Numbered from the stretch's first letter, positions 9,395-18,910 are shown. The stretch: 64,000 nt of DNA from an uncultured Halothiobacillus sp. (GCA_964655215.1 CAZZMW010000011.1:13417-77416), one strand, 5' to 3'. A program made the numbers and translations. Notes: generated from the sequence alone by a model not told the origin.

Positions 9395-12100
9395 ATGAGC
9401 AGTCATCAAACGGTAGCCGATCAGCATCGTATTCCTCTTGAAGATCTGACGCGGCGATTGAACTGCGATCTCGAGGGGCTTGCCAGCCGCGATGCGGAAA
9501 AGCGGCTTTCTGAATTTGGCAGCAACGAACTGCATGTTCAGAAAGATACGCCTGAAATAATCAAATTCTTACGTCAATTCAGCAACTTCTTTGCTCTCCT
9601 GCTGATTGCAGGTTCCATTCTGGCCTTCCTTGCGGATTATCTGCAGCCGGGTGAAGGCAACTTTTATATTGGGGTCGCGCTGCTGGTAGTGGTATTCCTG
9701 AATGCGCTGTTTTCTTACATACAGCAGCATCAAGTCGACCGCATCATGGAAAGTTTCCGCCACATGCTCCCGTCCATGGTCTCCGTATGGCGTGATGGGG
9801 CAATGGTTCGTATTGATGCTCGATTCGTCGTGCCGGGCGATGTGATTGTGGTGGAGGAGGGCGATCGCATACCGGCTGATGGTCGCCTGATTGAGGTGAG
9901 CCAACTCAAGGTCGATCACTCATCCTTGACCGGTGAGAGCGAGCCACAGCTTCGCACGCTGGAATGTACCAGTGACGATCTGCTGGAAAGTCGAAATATG
10001 GTGTTTTCCGGCACACTGGTTCATAGCGGTAATGGCAAGGTGCTGGTTTACGGCACGGGTATGAACACGCAAATAGGGCAGATCGTTCAACTCACAAAAG
10101 AAACCGGATCGGTTGAAACGCCGATACGAAAGGAGTTGAGTTATTTCATCCATATCATTTCCGGCATTGCCATTACGCTCGGTCTGTTGTTTTTTGTCCT
10201 CAGTATTCTTCTGGGTAAACCACTTATCGGTAGCCTGATTTTCGCGATCGGAATCATTGTCGCCAACGTGCCGGAAGGTCTGTTGCCTACGGTGACACTG
10301 GCACTCACCATGGCGTCCAAACGCATGGCCAAAAAGAATGCGCTGATCAAGAATCTGGAAGCGGTTGAAACTTTGGGCTCCACCACCGTGGTGTGTACCG
10401 ACAAAACCGGGACGATAACCCAGAACCGAATGAAGGTAACGACACTGGTATTGGGTGAACACGAGTGGTCAGCCTATCAGGATGGTCTGGCCGAAGCGGA
10501 CGGTTTCGACGAGGCCTGGGCAACTATCGTTCATTGCAATAACGCACGTTTGAATGAGGACGGTTATCTCGGTGACCCGACTGAAGGATCCATGTTGGTT
10601 TTCGCGAAACGGGTGAAGCCTGAAAGGGGTTTTACGAACCTCTTGCCACGCATCCACGAAAGTCCATTCGACTCTTCAACCAAACGAATGATTACCACCC
10701 ATCGTGGTGAGCATGGGGTGCCCAATCTTGCGTACATGAAGGGCGCTCCTGAAATTGTTTTCGAAAAATGCTCGCATATGCTGCGTTATGGCGAGCTTGC
10801 CGAGTTTGATGTCGGTGCTCGTCAAAAGGCGCTGGAACTTTATGAAGTCCTGGCTGCACGTGGGGAGCGTGTCCTTGCTTTGGCATACAAGACGACCTTG
10901 GCGGAAGAGTCCGATGAGCATGGATTCATCTATATCGGTTTGCTTGGTATGCTTGATCCGCCACGTACCGAAATTCCGGACGCAATCGAAAAGTGCCGCA
11001 ACGCGGGCATTCGCGTATTCATGATCACAGGCGATTACCACACCACCGCCGAGTCCATTGCCCGCCAGGTTGGACTTTATACCGGTGATGGTCAGGTGAT
11101 CGTCGGCGATAAATTGCTTGAAATGAATGACGACGAGCTATCTCACCTGCTGGATAGTCGTGAGCTTGTTTTTGCCCGTACCACGCCATTGCAAAAACTC
11201 ATGATTGTTCAGGCTCTACAAAAGAAAGGTGAAATTGTTACGGTCACCGGCGATGGTGTGAATGATGCGCCGGCGTTGAAGAATGCCGACATGGGCGTGG
11301 CCATGGGCGTGTCGGGAACGGAGGTCGCAAAGGAGGCGGCCGACATGGTATTGATGGACGACAATTTCGCCACCATCGTCAATGCTATTGAAGAAGGGCG
11401 CACCATCTTCTCAAACATCAAAAAGTTCATCGCCTACATTCTGACCAGCAACATTCCAGAGATATTGCCCTTCATTGCCTTTGTCGCACTCGGTGCACCA
11501 TTGGCGCTCACCGTCGTACTGATACTGTCGATCGACCTCGGAACCGATCTCTTGCCGGCACTTGGGTTGGGGCGGGAACGGCCTGAAAGCGATGTGATGA
11601 AACAACCGCCTAGAAAACGTGATGAACGGTTGCTCACCTGGCCGTTGCTGGGCATGAGTTATGGCGTAATCGGTGTCATTCAGGCAGCCGCCGGTTTCTT
11701 TGCCTTTTTTGTCGTACTGCATCGGGGCGGATGGACCTGGGGAGCTCCATTGCCTGAAACTGACCTGCTCTACAGAACCGCGGTCACCGCATTTTTCGCA
11801 GCCGTCGTCATTTGCCAGGTCGCTGATGTGCTGATTTGCCGAACGCGTAGACAAAGTATTCTTTCAGCCGGTATTTTCAGCAACAAGCTGATCTGGTTCG
11901 GGATTTTTGTTGAATTGGCTTTAGTGGCCGCAATCTCTCACCTTTCTTTCCTGCAACCGTTCTTCGGGACGGCGCCGATTGGCTGGTTTGAAGTTTCACT
12001 CGCATTACCTTTCGCTGCGGCTATTTTGCTTGGTGATGAATTCCGACGCTGGATGATTCGGCGCGGAAATGGTTTTGTACAGCGTTGGTTTTCCTGGTGA
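9395..12100 (+). CDS. P-type ATPase, type II (Na+/K+-ATPase alpha-like / cation pump)
   Basis: [46 protein letters not shown] and AYILTSNIPEI motifs resemble eukaryotic Na,K-ATPase alpha chains. Ten predicted TM segments. Start taken at MSSHQTV. Confidence 0.85.
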   Translation: MSSHQTVADQHRIPLEDLTRRLNCDLEGLASRDAEKRLSEFGSNELHVQKDTPEIIKFLRQFSNFFALLLIAGSILAFLADYLQPGEGNFYIGVALLVVVFLNALFSYIQQHQVDRIMESFRHMLPSMVSVWRDGAMVRIDARFVVPGDVIVVEEGDRIPADGRLIEVSQLKVDHSSLTGESEPQLRTLECTSDDLLESRNMVFSGTLVHSGNGKVLVYGTGMNTQIGQIVQLTKETGSVETPIRKELSYFIHIISGIAITLGLLFFVLSILLGKPLIGSLIFAIGIIVANVPEGLLPTVTLALTMASKRMAKKNALIKNLEAVETLGSTTVVCTDKTGTITQNRMKVTTLVLGEHEWSAYQDGLAEADGFDEAWATIVHCNNARLNEDGYLGDPTEGSMLVFAKRVKPERGFTNLLPRIHESPFDSSTKRMITTHRGEHGVPNLAYMKGAPEIVFEKCSHMLRYGELAEFDVGARQKALELYEVLAARGERVLALAYKTTLAEESDEHGFIYIGLLGMLDPPRTEIPDAIEKCRNAGIRVFMITGDYHTTAESIARQVGLYTGDGQVIVGDKLLEMNDDELSHLLDSRELVFARTTPLQKLMIVQALQKKGEIVTVTGDGVNDAPALKNADMGVAMGVSGTEVAKEAADMVLMDDNFATIVNAIEEGRTIFSNIKKFIAYILTSNIPEILPFIAFVALGAPLALTVVLILSIDLGTDLLPALGLGRERPESDVMKQPPRKRDERLLTWPLLGMSYGVIGVIQAAAGFFAFFVVLHRGGWTWGAPLPETDLLYRTAVTAFFAAVVICQVADVLICRTRRQSILSAGIFSNKLIWFGIFVELALVAAISHLSFLQPFFGTAPIGWFEVSLALPFAAAILLGDEFRRWMIRRGNGFVQRWFSW

Positions 12101-12297
12101 GTGTGGGCTATCTGCAATAGACGCTCTTTTGTCTCCCAGATCCAGAAAGCATTCCGCGAATGACGCTAGCTTATTTCTTGACTTTCAATAGCTTGTCTAT
12201 GCATACGAATGCCCGCGATCGCCTGAATATCCTATAGATTTACTCTGATTTTATCTGCACAATTGCGCAATTAATTTGAATCGAATGGAGTTGATTT

Positions 12298-15200
12298 GTG
12301 CCCGATACGCTCGAAAGGCTGAAAAAGGAACTTCATAGCGCCCAGCGAGCCCTGTCTGAGGCAGAGCAGCGTTGCGCCCGGGACTTTGCAAAGCAACAAT
12401 CCAAAACCAAAGAATTACTGGAGACTTGCTCCAAGGTTGAGCATGCCTATCAGGAATGGCTGGCAGCCCTGGATGTCGTTGACGACCCAATCTTCCTGTA
12501 TGACTCAGATTTTCGGATTCTTCGCTGCAATCAGGCTTACAAGCTCCGCGCGGGTTTGCCCATAGATAAAATCAGCGGTCAGATTTACTTCGATATTTAC
12601 CCCAAAAATGACGGCCCGATCAGATTTGGTGCTTCGTCCGGCAAAGTGCCCAGCAAGAAGGAATCCGGGATATTTGTGGTGGATGACACCATCTACCGCT
12701 CGCGCGCATTCCCGGTGAAGAGCCAATCCGGCTCGCATTCATACATCATCCATACCCTCGTAGACATCACTGAGCAAAGACAGGCCCAGTCACGTTTGAG
12801 CGCGTCTCACGATCTGATGAAGTCGATTGTCGAGAATGTCCCGCTTCGTATCTATTGGAAAGATAAGGATCTTCGTTATCTTGGCGGGAATACCGCATTT
12901 GCTCATGAAATGGGTGTAGAAACCTCGGCAGAACTATTAGGGTTGAGTGATGCTGAGCTGAAGAATGGCGCACAGAGTCCATGCACTGTAGAACGTGAAT
13001 TGCGGGTAATTGATTCGGGTGCGCCTGAAGTCGGTTATGAAGTAGCGCATACCACACTGGACGGACGTGAGGTCTGGCTGCGTTGTTCAACCGTGCCCTT
13101 GTGTTCTGCTGAAAGAGACATTTTCGGTGTGCTCAACTTGTATGAGGACATCACCGAGCGAAGAGCGAACCTTGAACGGCTAAAGCTTTTCCGCACCCTG
13201 CTGGATCATTCCCGCGACGCGATTGAGGTGATCGATCCGGTCACCACGAGATTCTATGACGTGAATGACACTGAGTGCCGAGCGCTCGGCTACAGCAGGG
13301 AAGAAATGCTTTCCATGCGCGTTTCAGATATTGATCCTTCATTCACCCCTGAGATGTTTCAGGAACTCAATACAAAGATCAATCAAACAGGAAGTGCCCG
13401 ATTCGAGGGGGTGCATCGACGAAAGGATGGAACGACTTTCCCGGTTGAAATCAGTGCCCAGATTGTCCATCTCGACAAGCCCTATTCGGTAAATATCGTT
13501 CGTGACATCACCGAGCGGAGACTGGCTGAGGAGAAAACGCGTCTGGCAGCCCGCGTATTCACACATGCACGGGAAGGGATAATGATTACTGGTGCCGACG
13601 GGGCGATCGTTGATGTCAATGAATCGTTTACCCGCATTACCGGTTATGAGCGTGATGAGGTGATCGGGCAGAACCCACGGCTGCTGAGCTCTGGCCGTCA
13701 GGGAGCGTCCTTCTACAAGGCGCTTTGGCGGGAGCTTCTGGATCAGGGTTACTGGTTTGGCGAGATATGGAATCGCCGCAAGAACGGTGAAGTCTATGCC
13801 GAGATGCTGACAATCAGTGTCGTCCGAGACGATGAAGGTCAACCCAGAAACTTTATCGCCTTGTTCTCAGATATCACAGCGACAAAGAAGTACGAGCAGC
13901 AATTGGAGCACGTCGCTCACTACGACGCGCTTACGAATCTGCCCAATCGAGTGTTGCTTGCTGATCGTCTGCACCAGGGCATGGTTCATGCCCAGCGGCA
14001 CGGGCAGTCACTGGCTGTCGTCTATCTGGATCTTGATGGGTTCAAATCTGTTAACGACAATCATGGTCACAATGTGGGCGATCAACTGTTGATGGCCGTT
14101 GCTCAGAATATGAAGCTGACCCTTCGCGAAGAAGACACCCTGGCTCGAATCGGTGGGGACGAGTTCATCGTTATTCTTCAGGACCTTTCAGACGTGAACT
14201 CCTGTGTTCCTTCGCTCAATCGATTGTTAGCCGCTGCGTCGCAAGAGGTTCTGGTTGGGACGAATCCACTAAAGGTCTCGGCAAGCCTTGGTATTACGTT
14301 TTATCCGCAATCATTTTCAGAAGATGTGGATGCTGATCAACTGATTCGCCAGGCTGATCAGGCGATGTATCTGGCTAAACAAGCAGGCAAGAACCGATAT
14401 CACGTATTCGACGAAGTTCTGGATCGCAGAGTCCGAAGTCATTACGAAAATGTGGAACGCCTGCGTCAGGCCCTCAATCAGAGGGAGTTCGTCCTCTATT
14501 ATCAGCCCAAGGTGAATATGCGCAGCGGGGAGATTGTCGGTGCCGAGGCCCTGATCCGCTGGCAGCATCCGGAACGGGGTGTCCTTCCACCTTCTGAATT
14601 TCTGCCCGACATCGAAGAGCAGCCTCTGAGTGTCGAATTGGGTGAATGGGTGATTAATACCGCATTGGAGCAGGTCACGAACTGGAAGGCACAGGGTTTG
14701 GTTGTCCCGGTGAGTGTCAACGTGGGCGCCCGCCAGTTGCTGCAAGGGGATTTCGTGAACCGTCTACGGCTGATTCTCGACAATCACCCTGACTTTAACC
14801 CGCAAGATCTGACGCTCGAAATTCTTGAAACCAGCGCATTGGAAGATCTAACCCGTGCGTCGCAGGTGCTTGAGAGTTGTCATGCGTTCGGAGTTCATTT
14901 CGCCTTGGACGATTTCGGTACCGGCTATTCATCTCTTTCTTACCTTAAGAAATTGCCAGTCGCCGAGATCAAGATCGATCAAACTTTCGTTTGTGACATG
15001 CTGGACGATCCCGATGATCTATCCATCCTGGAAGGTGTGATGGGATTGTCGCGGGCTTTTCGTCGCTCAGTGATTGCAGAGGGCGTTGAAACAGTTGCTC
15101 ATGGTGAAATGCTGTTGAGACTGGGATGTGATTTGGGGCAGGGCTATGGGATAGCCCGTCCGATGAAGAGAGAAGACTTTCCGGCATGGGTTGCATCGTG

Positions 15201-15588
15201 GAAGCCTGAGCCCAGTTGGATTAATTTGCCCACGATCAGGCGGGTCGATGAGCCTTTACTGTTCGCAGGGGTTGATCACCGTGCCTGGATTACGGCCCTT
15301 GCCCGGTTCCTGAAGGAAGAGGAACTGGCGCTGCCTCCCTTGGATCATCGCCATTGCAAGTTCGGGATGTGGTTAGGGTCTGAAGGACGCTCTCGTTACG
15401 GAAATAGCTCGGTATTTCAGAGCATCGTCGAATTGCATCACAAAGTTCATTCATTGGCGGAAGAATTATTGGCGCTGAGTGCCGAATGCGGTAAGACAGT
15501 GGCTTTGAACCGACTCGGAGAGTTGTTTACCTTACGAGATACATTGCTGAATAAATTGAGCCAGTTGCTACGGGAAATATCTTCCTGA
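12298..15588 (+). CDS. multi-PAS GGDEF-EAL protein with C-terminal CZB-like domain
   Basis: Several PAS/PAC blocks (DITERR repeats), GGDEF (RIGGDEF), EAL (EALIRWQHP ... DDFGTGYSSL). The C-terminal H..W...(x)..HCKFGMW...HHKVH pattern fits a chemoreceptor zinc-binding domain. GTG start. Confidence 0.85.
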   Translation: MPDTLERLKKELHSAQRALSEAEQRCARDFAKQQSKTKELLETCSKVEHAYQEWLAALDVVDDPIFLYDSDFRILRCNQAYKLRAGLPIDKISGQIYFDIYPKNDGPIRFGASSGKVPSKKESGIFVVDDTIYRSRAFPVKSQSGSHSYIIHTLVDITEQRQAQSRLSASHDLMKSIVENVPLRIYWKDKDLRYLGGNTAFAHEMGVETSAELLGLSDAELKNGAQSPCTVERELRVIDSGAPEVGYEVAHTTLDGREVWLRCSTVPLCSAERDIFGVLNLYEDITERRANLERLKLFRTLLDHSRDAIEVIDPVTTRFYDVNDTECRALGYSREEMLSMRVSDIDPSFTPEMFQELNTKINQTGSARFEGVHRRKDGTTFPVEISAQIVHLDKPYSVNIVRDITERRLAEEKTRLAARVFTHAREGIMITGADGAIVDVNESFTRITGYERDEVIGQNPRLLSSGRQGASFYKALWRELLDQGYWFGEIWNRRKNGEVYAEMLTISVVRDDEGQPRNFIALFSDITATKKYEQQLEHVAHYDALTNLPNRVLLADRLHQGMVHAQRHGQSLAVVYLDLDGFKSVNDNHGHNVGDQLLMAVAQNMKLTLREEDTLARIGGDEFIVILQDLSDVNSCVPSLNRLLAAASQEVLVGTNPLKVSASLGITFYPQSFSEDVDADQLIRQADQAMYLAKQAGKNRYHVFDEVLDRRVRSHYENVERLRQALNQREFVLYYQPKVNMRSGEIVGAEALIRWQHPERGVLPPSEFLPDIEEQPLSVELGEWVINTALEQVTNWKAQGLVVPVSVNVGARQLLQGDFVNRLRLILDNHPDFNPQDLTLEILETSALEDLTRASQVLESCHAFGVHFALDDFGTGYSSLSYLKKLPVAEIKIDQTFVCDMLDDPDDLSILEGVMGLSRAFRRSVIAEGVETVAHGEMLLRLGCDLGQGYGIARPMKREDFPAWVASWKPEPSWINLPTIRRVDEPLLFAGVDHRAWITALARFLKEEELALPPLDHRHCKFGMWLGSEGRSRYGNSSVFQSIVELHHKVHSLAEELLALSAECGKTVALNRLGELFTLRDTLLNKLSQLLREISS

Positions 15589-15689
15589 TCGGATTCAGTT
15601 GGTGGCAGATGCAGTCTTCACTCGTTGTCTCCCGCGTGAACCCGTGATCTTTACCGTGATGGAGTGATGAGTCCATCTTTCGCTTTTTT

Positions 15690-15725
15690 TCGAGTAAAGA
15701 AAAAGAAGCCCCGCGAACGGGGCTT
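15690..15725 (-). terminator. rho-independent terminator of the minus-strand cluster
   Basis: AAGCCCCG-CGAA-CGGGGCTT perfect 8-bp stem. The minus strand then reads CTTTTTCTTT. Lies 50 nt after the stop at 15776. Confidence 0.65.
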
Positions 15726-15775
15726 ATCATCAAGTTAGAACCGAAGAATTCGCCTTCAGATTGTTGCTTCAGGTA

Positions 15776-16567
15776 TTACTGTTGCCAGTAGCCCTGTAGC
15801 CTTTCTTTCTGCTCTTTTGTCAGCACTTCATCCATTTTCTGGTGAGCATCTACGGCATTCTGATACATCTGCTGCTGCAATTTTGAAATGTCCTTTTCGG
15901 CCTTCTCAATGGCTGCATTATCTGGAGATGGCGCTTCACTCAGTTCACCGATTTTAGCTTGTTGATCCTGAATTTGACCCATTAACGCCCAGTTGGATTT
16001 GCGGGTCTGATTCTGAATGGCGTTAATTTTCGTTCTCTGGTCATTGCTCAGAGCCAGCGGATTTCGCGCTACGCCACCTCTTGCTCCTGGGCCGAAACCT
16101 GGGCCATATCCATTCATCATGCCTGGGCCATAACCAGGACCGTAGCCACCCATCATGCCGGGGCCGAAACCTGGGCCATATCCATACATCATGCTGCGGC
16201 CATAGCCTGGGCCGTAACCACCACCCATCATGCCTGGTCCATAACCGGGTCCGTAGCCGTTCATCATTCCCGCTCCATAACCCGGACCGTAACCGCCCAT
16301 CATGCCTGGGCCATAGCCTTGGCCGTACCCACCCATCATCCAAGGGCCATAGCTCGGACCGTATCCATTCATCATGCCCGGGCCATAGCCTTGGCCGTAC
16401 CCGCCCATCATTCCGGGGCCATATCCTGGGCCATATCCGCCGTTGTATGTGCTTGTGTTGGGGGCAGGTGTATCCGTCTGTTCTGCCAGAGCACTCGTTG
16501 CTGTTCCAGCCAAAACTGCTGCAAAAGCCAAGGTTACGAGCTTATTAGGATGTCGAAAGCGTTTCAT
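15776..16567 (-). CDS. periplasmic LTXXQ (Spy/CpxP/ZraP-like) protein with N-terminal Gly/Tyr/Met-rich repeat domain
   Basis: Signal peptide MKRFRHPNKLVTLAFAAVLAGTATSALA, about 10 x 12-aa repeats, then a helical domain with LSNDQ and LTKEQ (LTXXQ) motifs. GGAGAAGGA SD precedes the ATG at 16567. Confidence 0.75.
   Translation of the reverse strand: MKRFRHPNKLVTLAFAAVLAGTATSALAEQTDTPAPNTSTYNGGYGPGYGPGMMGGYGQGYGPGMMNGYGPSYGPWMMGGYGQGYGPGMMGGYGPGYGAGMMNGYGPGYGPGMMGGGYGPGYGRSMMYGYGPGFGPGMMGGYGPGYGPGMMNGYGPGFGPGARGGVARNPLALSNDQRTKINAIQNQTRKSNWALMGQIQDQQAKIGELSEAPSPDNAAIEKAEKDISKLQQQMYQNAVDAHQKMDEVLTKEQKERLQGYWQQ
16085..16441 (-). repeat. coding tandem repeat, about 10 copies of a 36-nt / 12-aa unit xGYGPGYGPGMM
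   Basis: GGYGPGYGPGMM GGYGQGYGPGMM NGYGPSYGPWMM ... read directly from the translation. There are nine MM pairs. Confidence 0.9.
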
Positions 16568-16701
16568 GATTATTCCTTCTCCTACGTTGACGATATGGGG
16601 CATGCATTCTGCTCCCACTTTGTACGTGCTGGGCGAGGTCGACCAGTACTCCCTGACAAACACCCAAAGGTTCAATCCTAAAGGTATTTATTTCTGATTT
16701 A

Positions 16702-18003
16702 TTAAAAGATCGTTTGAAAATACAAGTACGTTGCATTGTTGTCTGATGCTGAGTTCTTGTCACCGGCAAATTTCGTATAAAAGGTGTACTGAAGGCCGAG
16801 TCTCAGGTTGATGTATGGCTGATTCCAGCTCGTATTCTTGCCAAAAGGTACCCAACTGATTTCTGCAACGCCCCCCTCTGTATTCGGTGATCCGCCATAG
16901 AGCAAAGCATCAGAGCTGCCATCATTGGCTATCGCTGCCAGCGTAGCGCCGTACGTATTTTCATACCAGTAGGACGCATTTACATTCGTCGCATTAAGAT
17001 GATTGTGCAGGTTTGATGCGGCGCCCTCAGCGAATGTGTTGTTCAACGTTTGTTTTTCATACACATACAGACCCTGCAGCGTGATGCTGTGCTTGAGGTC
17101 ACTGCTGGACCACTGATAATTGGCATCAACACCATAATCCTTGTAATCGTCGGTACCGACCCCCAGCCCCATCGGTTGAATTTGTGGGGAAAAGTACATG
17201 CCGCCAACTTCCAGATTGCTCTGTGAACTCAGGTTGGTCTGATATGCCAGTCGCAGATAAGGCGCGGTCTGATAGAGTCGACCAATGTAATCTGCATTGA
17301 CCTTATTCAGGAAAGATTGTGACAGTGTCCGATAGCCACCAGCTTCCAGGTACCACTTGTCATCGATTTGAGTGTAGGCGGTTAGGCCTAGAGAGGCGTT
17401 TGCAAAGGCATCCATGATAATGGGGGTGGCCGGTGCTCCCGGGGCGAGATCGCCGCTGGAATAGGGGTATTGCCATGCAGGCGCCGTATTGTATATGTCC
17501 GTGATTGTGGGGGCGTTGTTCAGTGAAATCCCCCATATGGCTGAATGTGTGCCCAGTTCGCTTGTTCGTGCATACCGCAGATCAGTCATGTCCCAACCAA
17601 CTTTATGTCCATTCTGTGAATAGGAGGCGAGGGTAAACAGACCCATGTGGTCGCTAATGGGACCTGCAAGGTACAAATCGACGGTTTGCAGTTCCCAATT
17701 GTTATTGGTGTTGAAACCGGGGGCAGGTGGTGTTGCCTGATCTTTTTGTGTGTGAAGGAACGATTCAAGAACTTGTGCTGAAATTTTCGGGTTGAATCCT
17801 CCTCCCGATTTCAGCATATAGCCCTTGAGTTTGAACTCGCGACCCAATGGGGTCAGTTGCGGACCAAAAGCGCCGACATGGCATGCAGCGCAGGATAATC
17901 CCGTTTGTCTTGAAAAGGCAGGGATAGCTTGTACTTCAGGGATTGACCCCAGTAGCAATAGAATCAGTAGAGACCAAGTGGGCCATGTTTTTTGCGAGAT
18001 CAT
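16702..18003 (-). CDS. fused monoheme cytochrome c / outer-membrane beta-barrel protein (Cyc2-like architecture)
   Basis: Signal peptide ...GSIPEVQA. A single CAACH (17878-17892) sits 12 residues into the mature protein, within FSRQTGLSCAACH...LTPLGREFKLKGY. About 390 aa of amphipathic beta-strand-like sequence then ends in YLYFQTIF (terminal Phe). AGGAGG SD. Confidence 0.6.
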   Translation of the reverse strand: MISQKTWPTWSLLILLLLGSIPEVQAIPAFSRQTGLSCAACHVGAFGPQLTPLGREFKLKGYMLKSGGGFNPKISAQVLESFLHTQKDQATPPAPGFNTNNNWELQTVDLYLAGPISDHMGLFTLASYSQNGHKVGWDMTDLRYARTSELGTHSAIWGISLNNAPTITDIYNTAPAWQYPYSSGDLAPGAPATPIIMDAFANASLGLTAYTQIDDKWYLEAGGYRTLSQSFLNKVNADYIGRLYQTAPYLRLAYQTNLSSQSNLEVGGMYFSPQIQPMGLGVGTDDYKDYGVDANYQWSSSDLKHSITLQGLYVYEKQTLNNTFAEGAASNLHNHLNATNVNASYWYENTYGATLAAIANDGSSDALLYGGSPNTEGGVAEISWVPFGKNTSWNQPYINLRLGLQYTFYTKFAGDKNSASDNNATYLYFQTIF

Positions 18004-18124
18004 AAAACTGCCTCCTGCCGATAGTTGTTAAATTTGCACAACCATCTCTGAATGTTCTCGACCGCATCAAAAAGCGATGTTAATAACCAGTGGACAACGT
18101 TCTACAAAATTCCAAATCGCAATT

Positions 18125-18544
18125 CTAGTAGGGCGCATACTTAGCCAAGTATCTAATGATTTCATCAGTTTGCTGAGCGTCCGGCTCAGGCATGCGACGA
18201 TAGTGCATATAGTTGTTCATTCGAGCCACGACATATGGCCATTGCTGGGCAGTATGTTGCCGTGGATCCGGCATCGCGTGGCATTGGATGCAGAACTCCT
18301 GCTCGAGTCGCTCTCCATGAGAGATGCTTTCGTTCTGGGTAATGTGCTGGTGATCCGCATCGCGGTTAGCTCCATTAGAGTTGCCCATCATCATGCCCGT
18401 GCCGTTCCCGTCCATCATGCCTTGACCATTACCATATTCGCCACCCTGGACGGGGGCTTCTGGTTGATCGGCAGCGGCGACCGAACTCCCCCCTGCTACT
18501 ACAGTAGCGAGGACAAAAGCTCTTAAAAATTGAATTTTCCTCAC
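18125..18544 (-). CDS. secreted monoheme cytochrome c with Gly/Met-rich N-terminal region
   Basis: Signal peptide, then GGEYGNGQGMMDGNGTGMMMGNSNG, then a single CIQCH with downstream W..VV.RM pattern. GTG start with AGAGGGGG SD. Confidence 0.65.
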   Translation of the reverse strand: MRKIQFLRAFVLATVVAGGSSVAAADQPEAPVQGGEYGNGQGMMDGNGTGMMMGNSNGANRDADHQHITQNESISHGERLEQEFCIQCHAMPDPRQHTAQQWPYVVARMNNYMHYRRMPEPDAQQTDEIIRYLAKYAPY

Positions 18545-18616
18545 AATAGACCCCCTCTATCGAATGATCTATCTTGGATAGTGAATTACCGGGGATGTAC
18601 CCGAGCGCCGGGATGA

Positions 18617-18910
18617 TTACCGGCCGTCTTTAAGGATTTGTCTGCGTTTGACGAACTCATCTTCGTCAATCTCCCCATGAGCGAAACGCTTCTCCAATAT
18701 ATGTAACGCTTCATCCAAACGAGCCTGGCGCGTGATTTGAGAATTGTCAGCTGGATTGGTGTGGTGGATGCCTGAACCGGCTAGCCAACGAAGTAATCCA
18801 ACGATGAGTGCGATAAGAATAACCAGACCCAGCAGCATGAATATGAAACCGAAGCCGTTCATTCCCCATCCGCCACCAAACATCGGACCGTAACCATTGT
18901 AATACCCCAT
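18617..18910 (-). CDS. SHOCT-domain membrane protein
   Basis: Gly-rich N-terminus (GYYNGYGPMFGGGWGMNG), one TM helix, and C-terminal LEKRFAHGEIDEDEFVKRRQIL (SHOCT-like). Confidence 0.7.
   Translation of the reverse strand: MGYYNGYGPMFGGGWGMNGFGFIFMLLGLVILIALIVGLLRWLAGSGIHHTNPADNSQITRQARLDEALHILEKRFAHGEIDEDEFVKRRQILKDGR

Noticed and set aside
16085-16441. Possible CRISPR array or other non-coding tandem repeat.
   Set aside because: The repeats are contiguous 36-nt coding units without spacers. No CRISPR-like repeat-spacer structure was seen anywhere in the window.
16041-16681. ORFs of 100, 155 and 120 aa (His/Arg/Ser/Pro-rich) overlapping the Gly/Tyr/Met repeat gene.
   Set aside because: They are the same 36-nt repeat read in other frames or on the other strand. 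The GYGPGMM frame has the signal peptide, the SD and a folded C-terminal domain.
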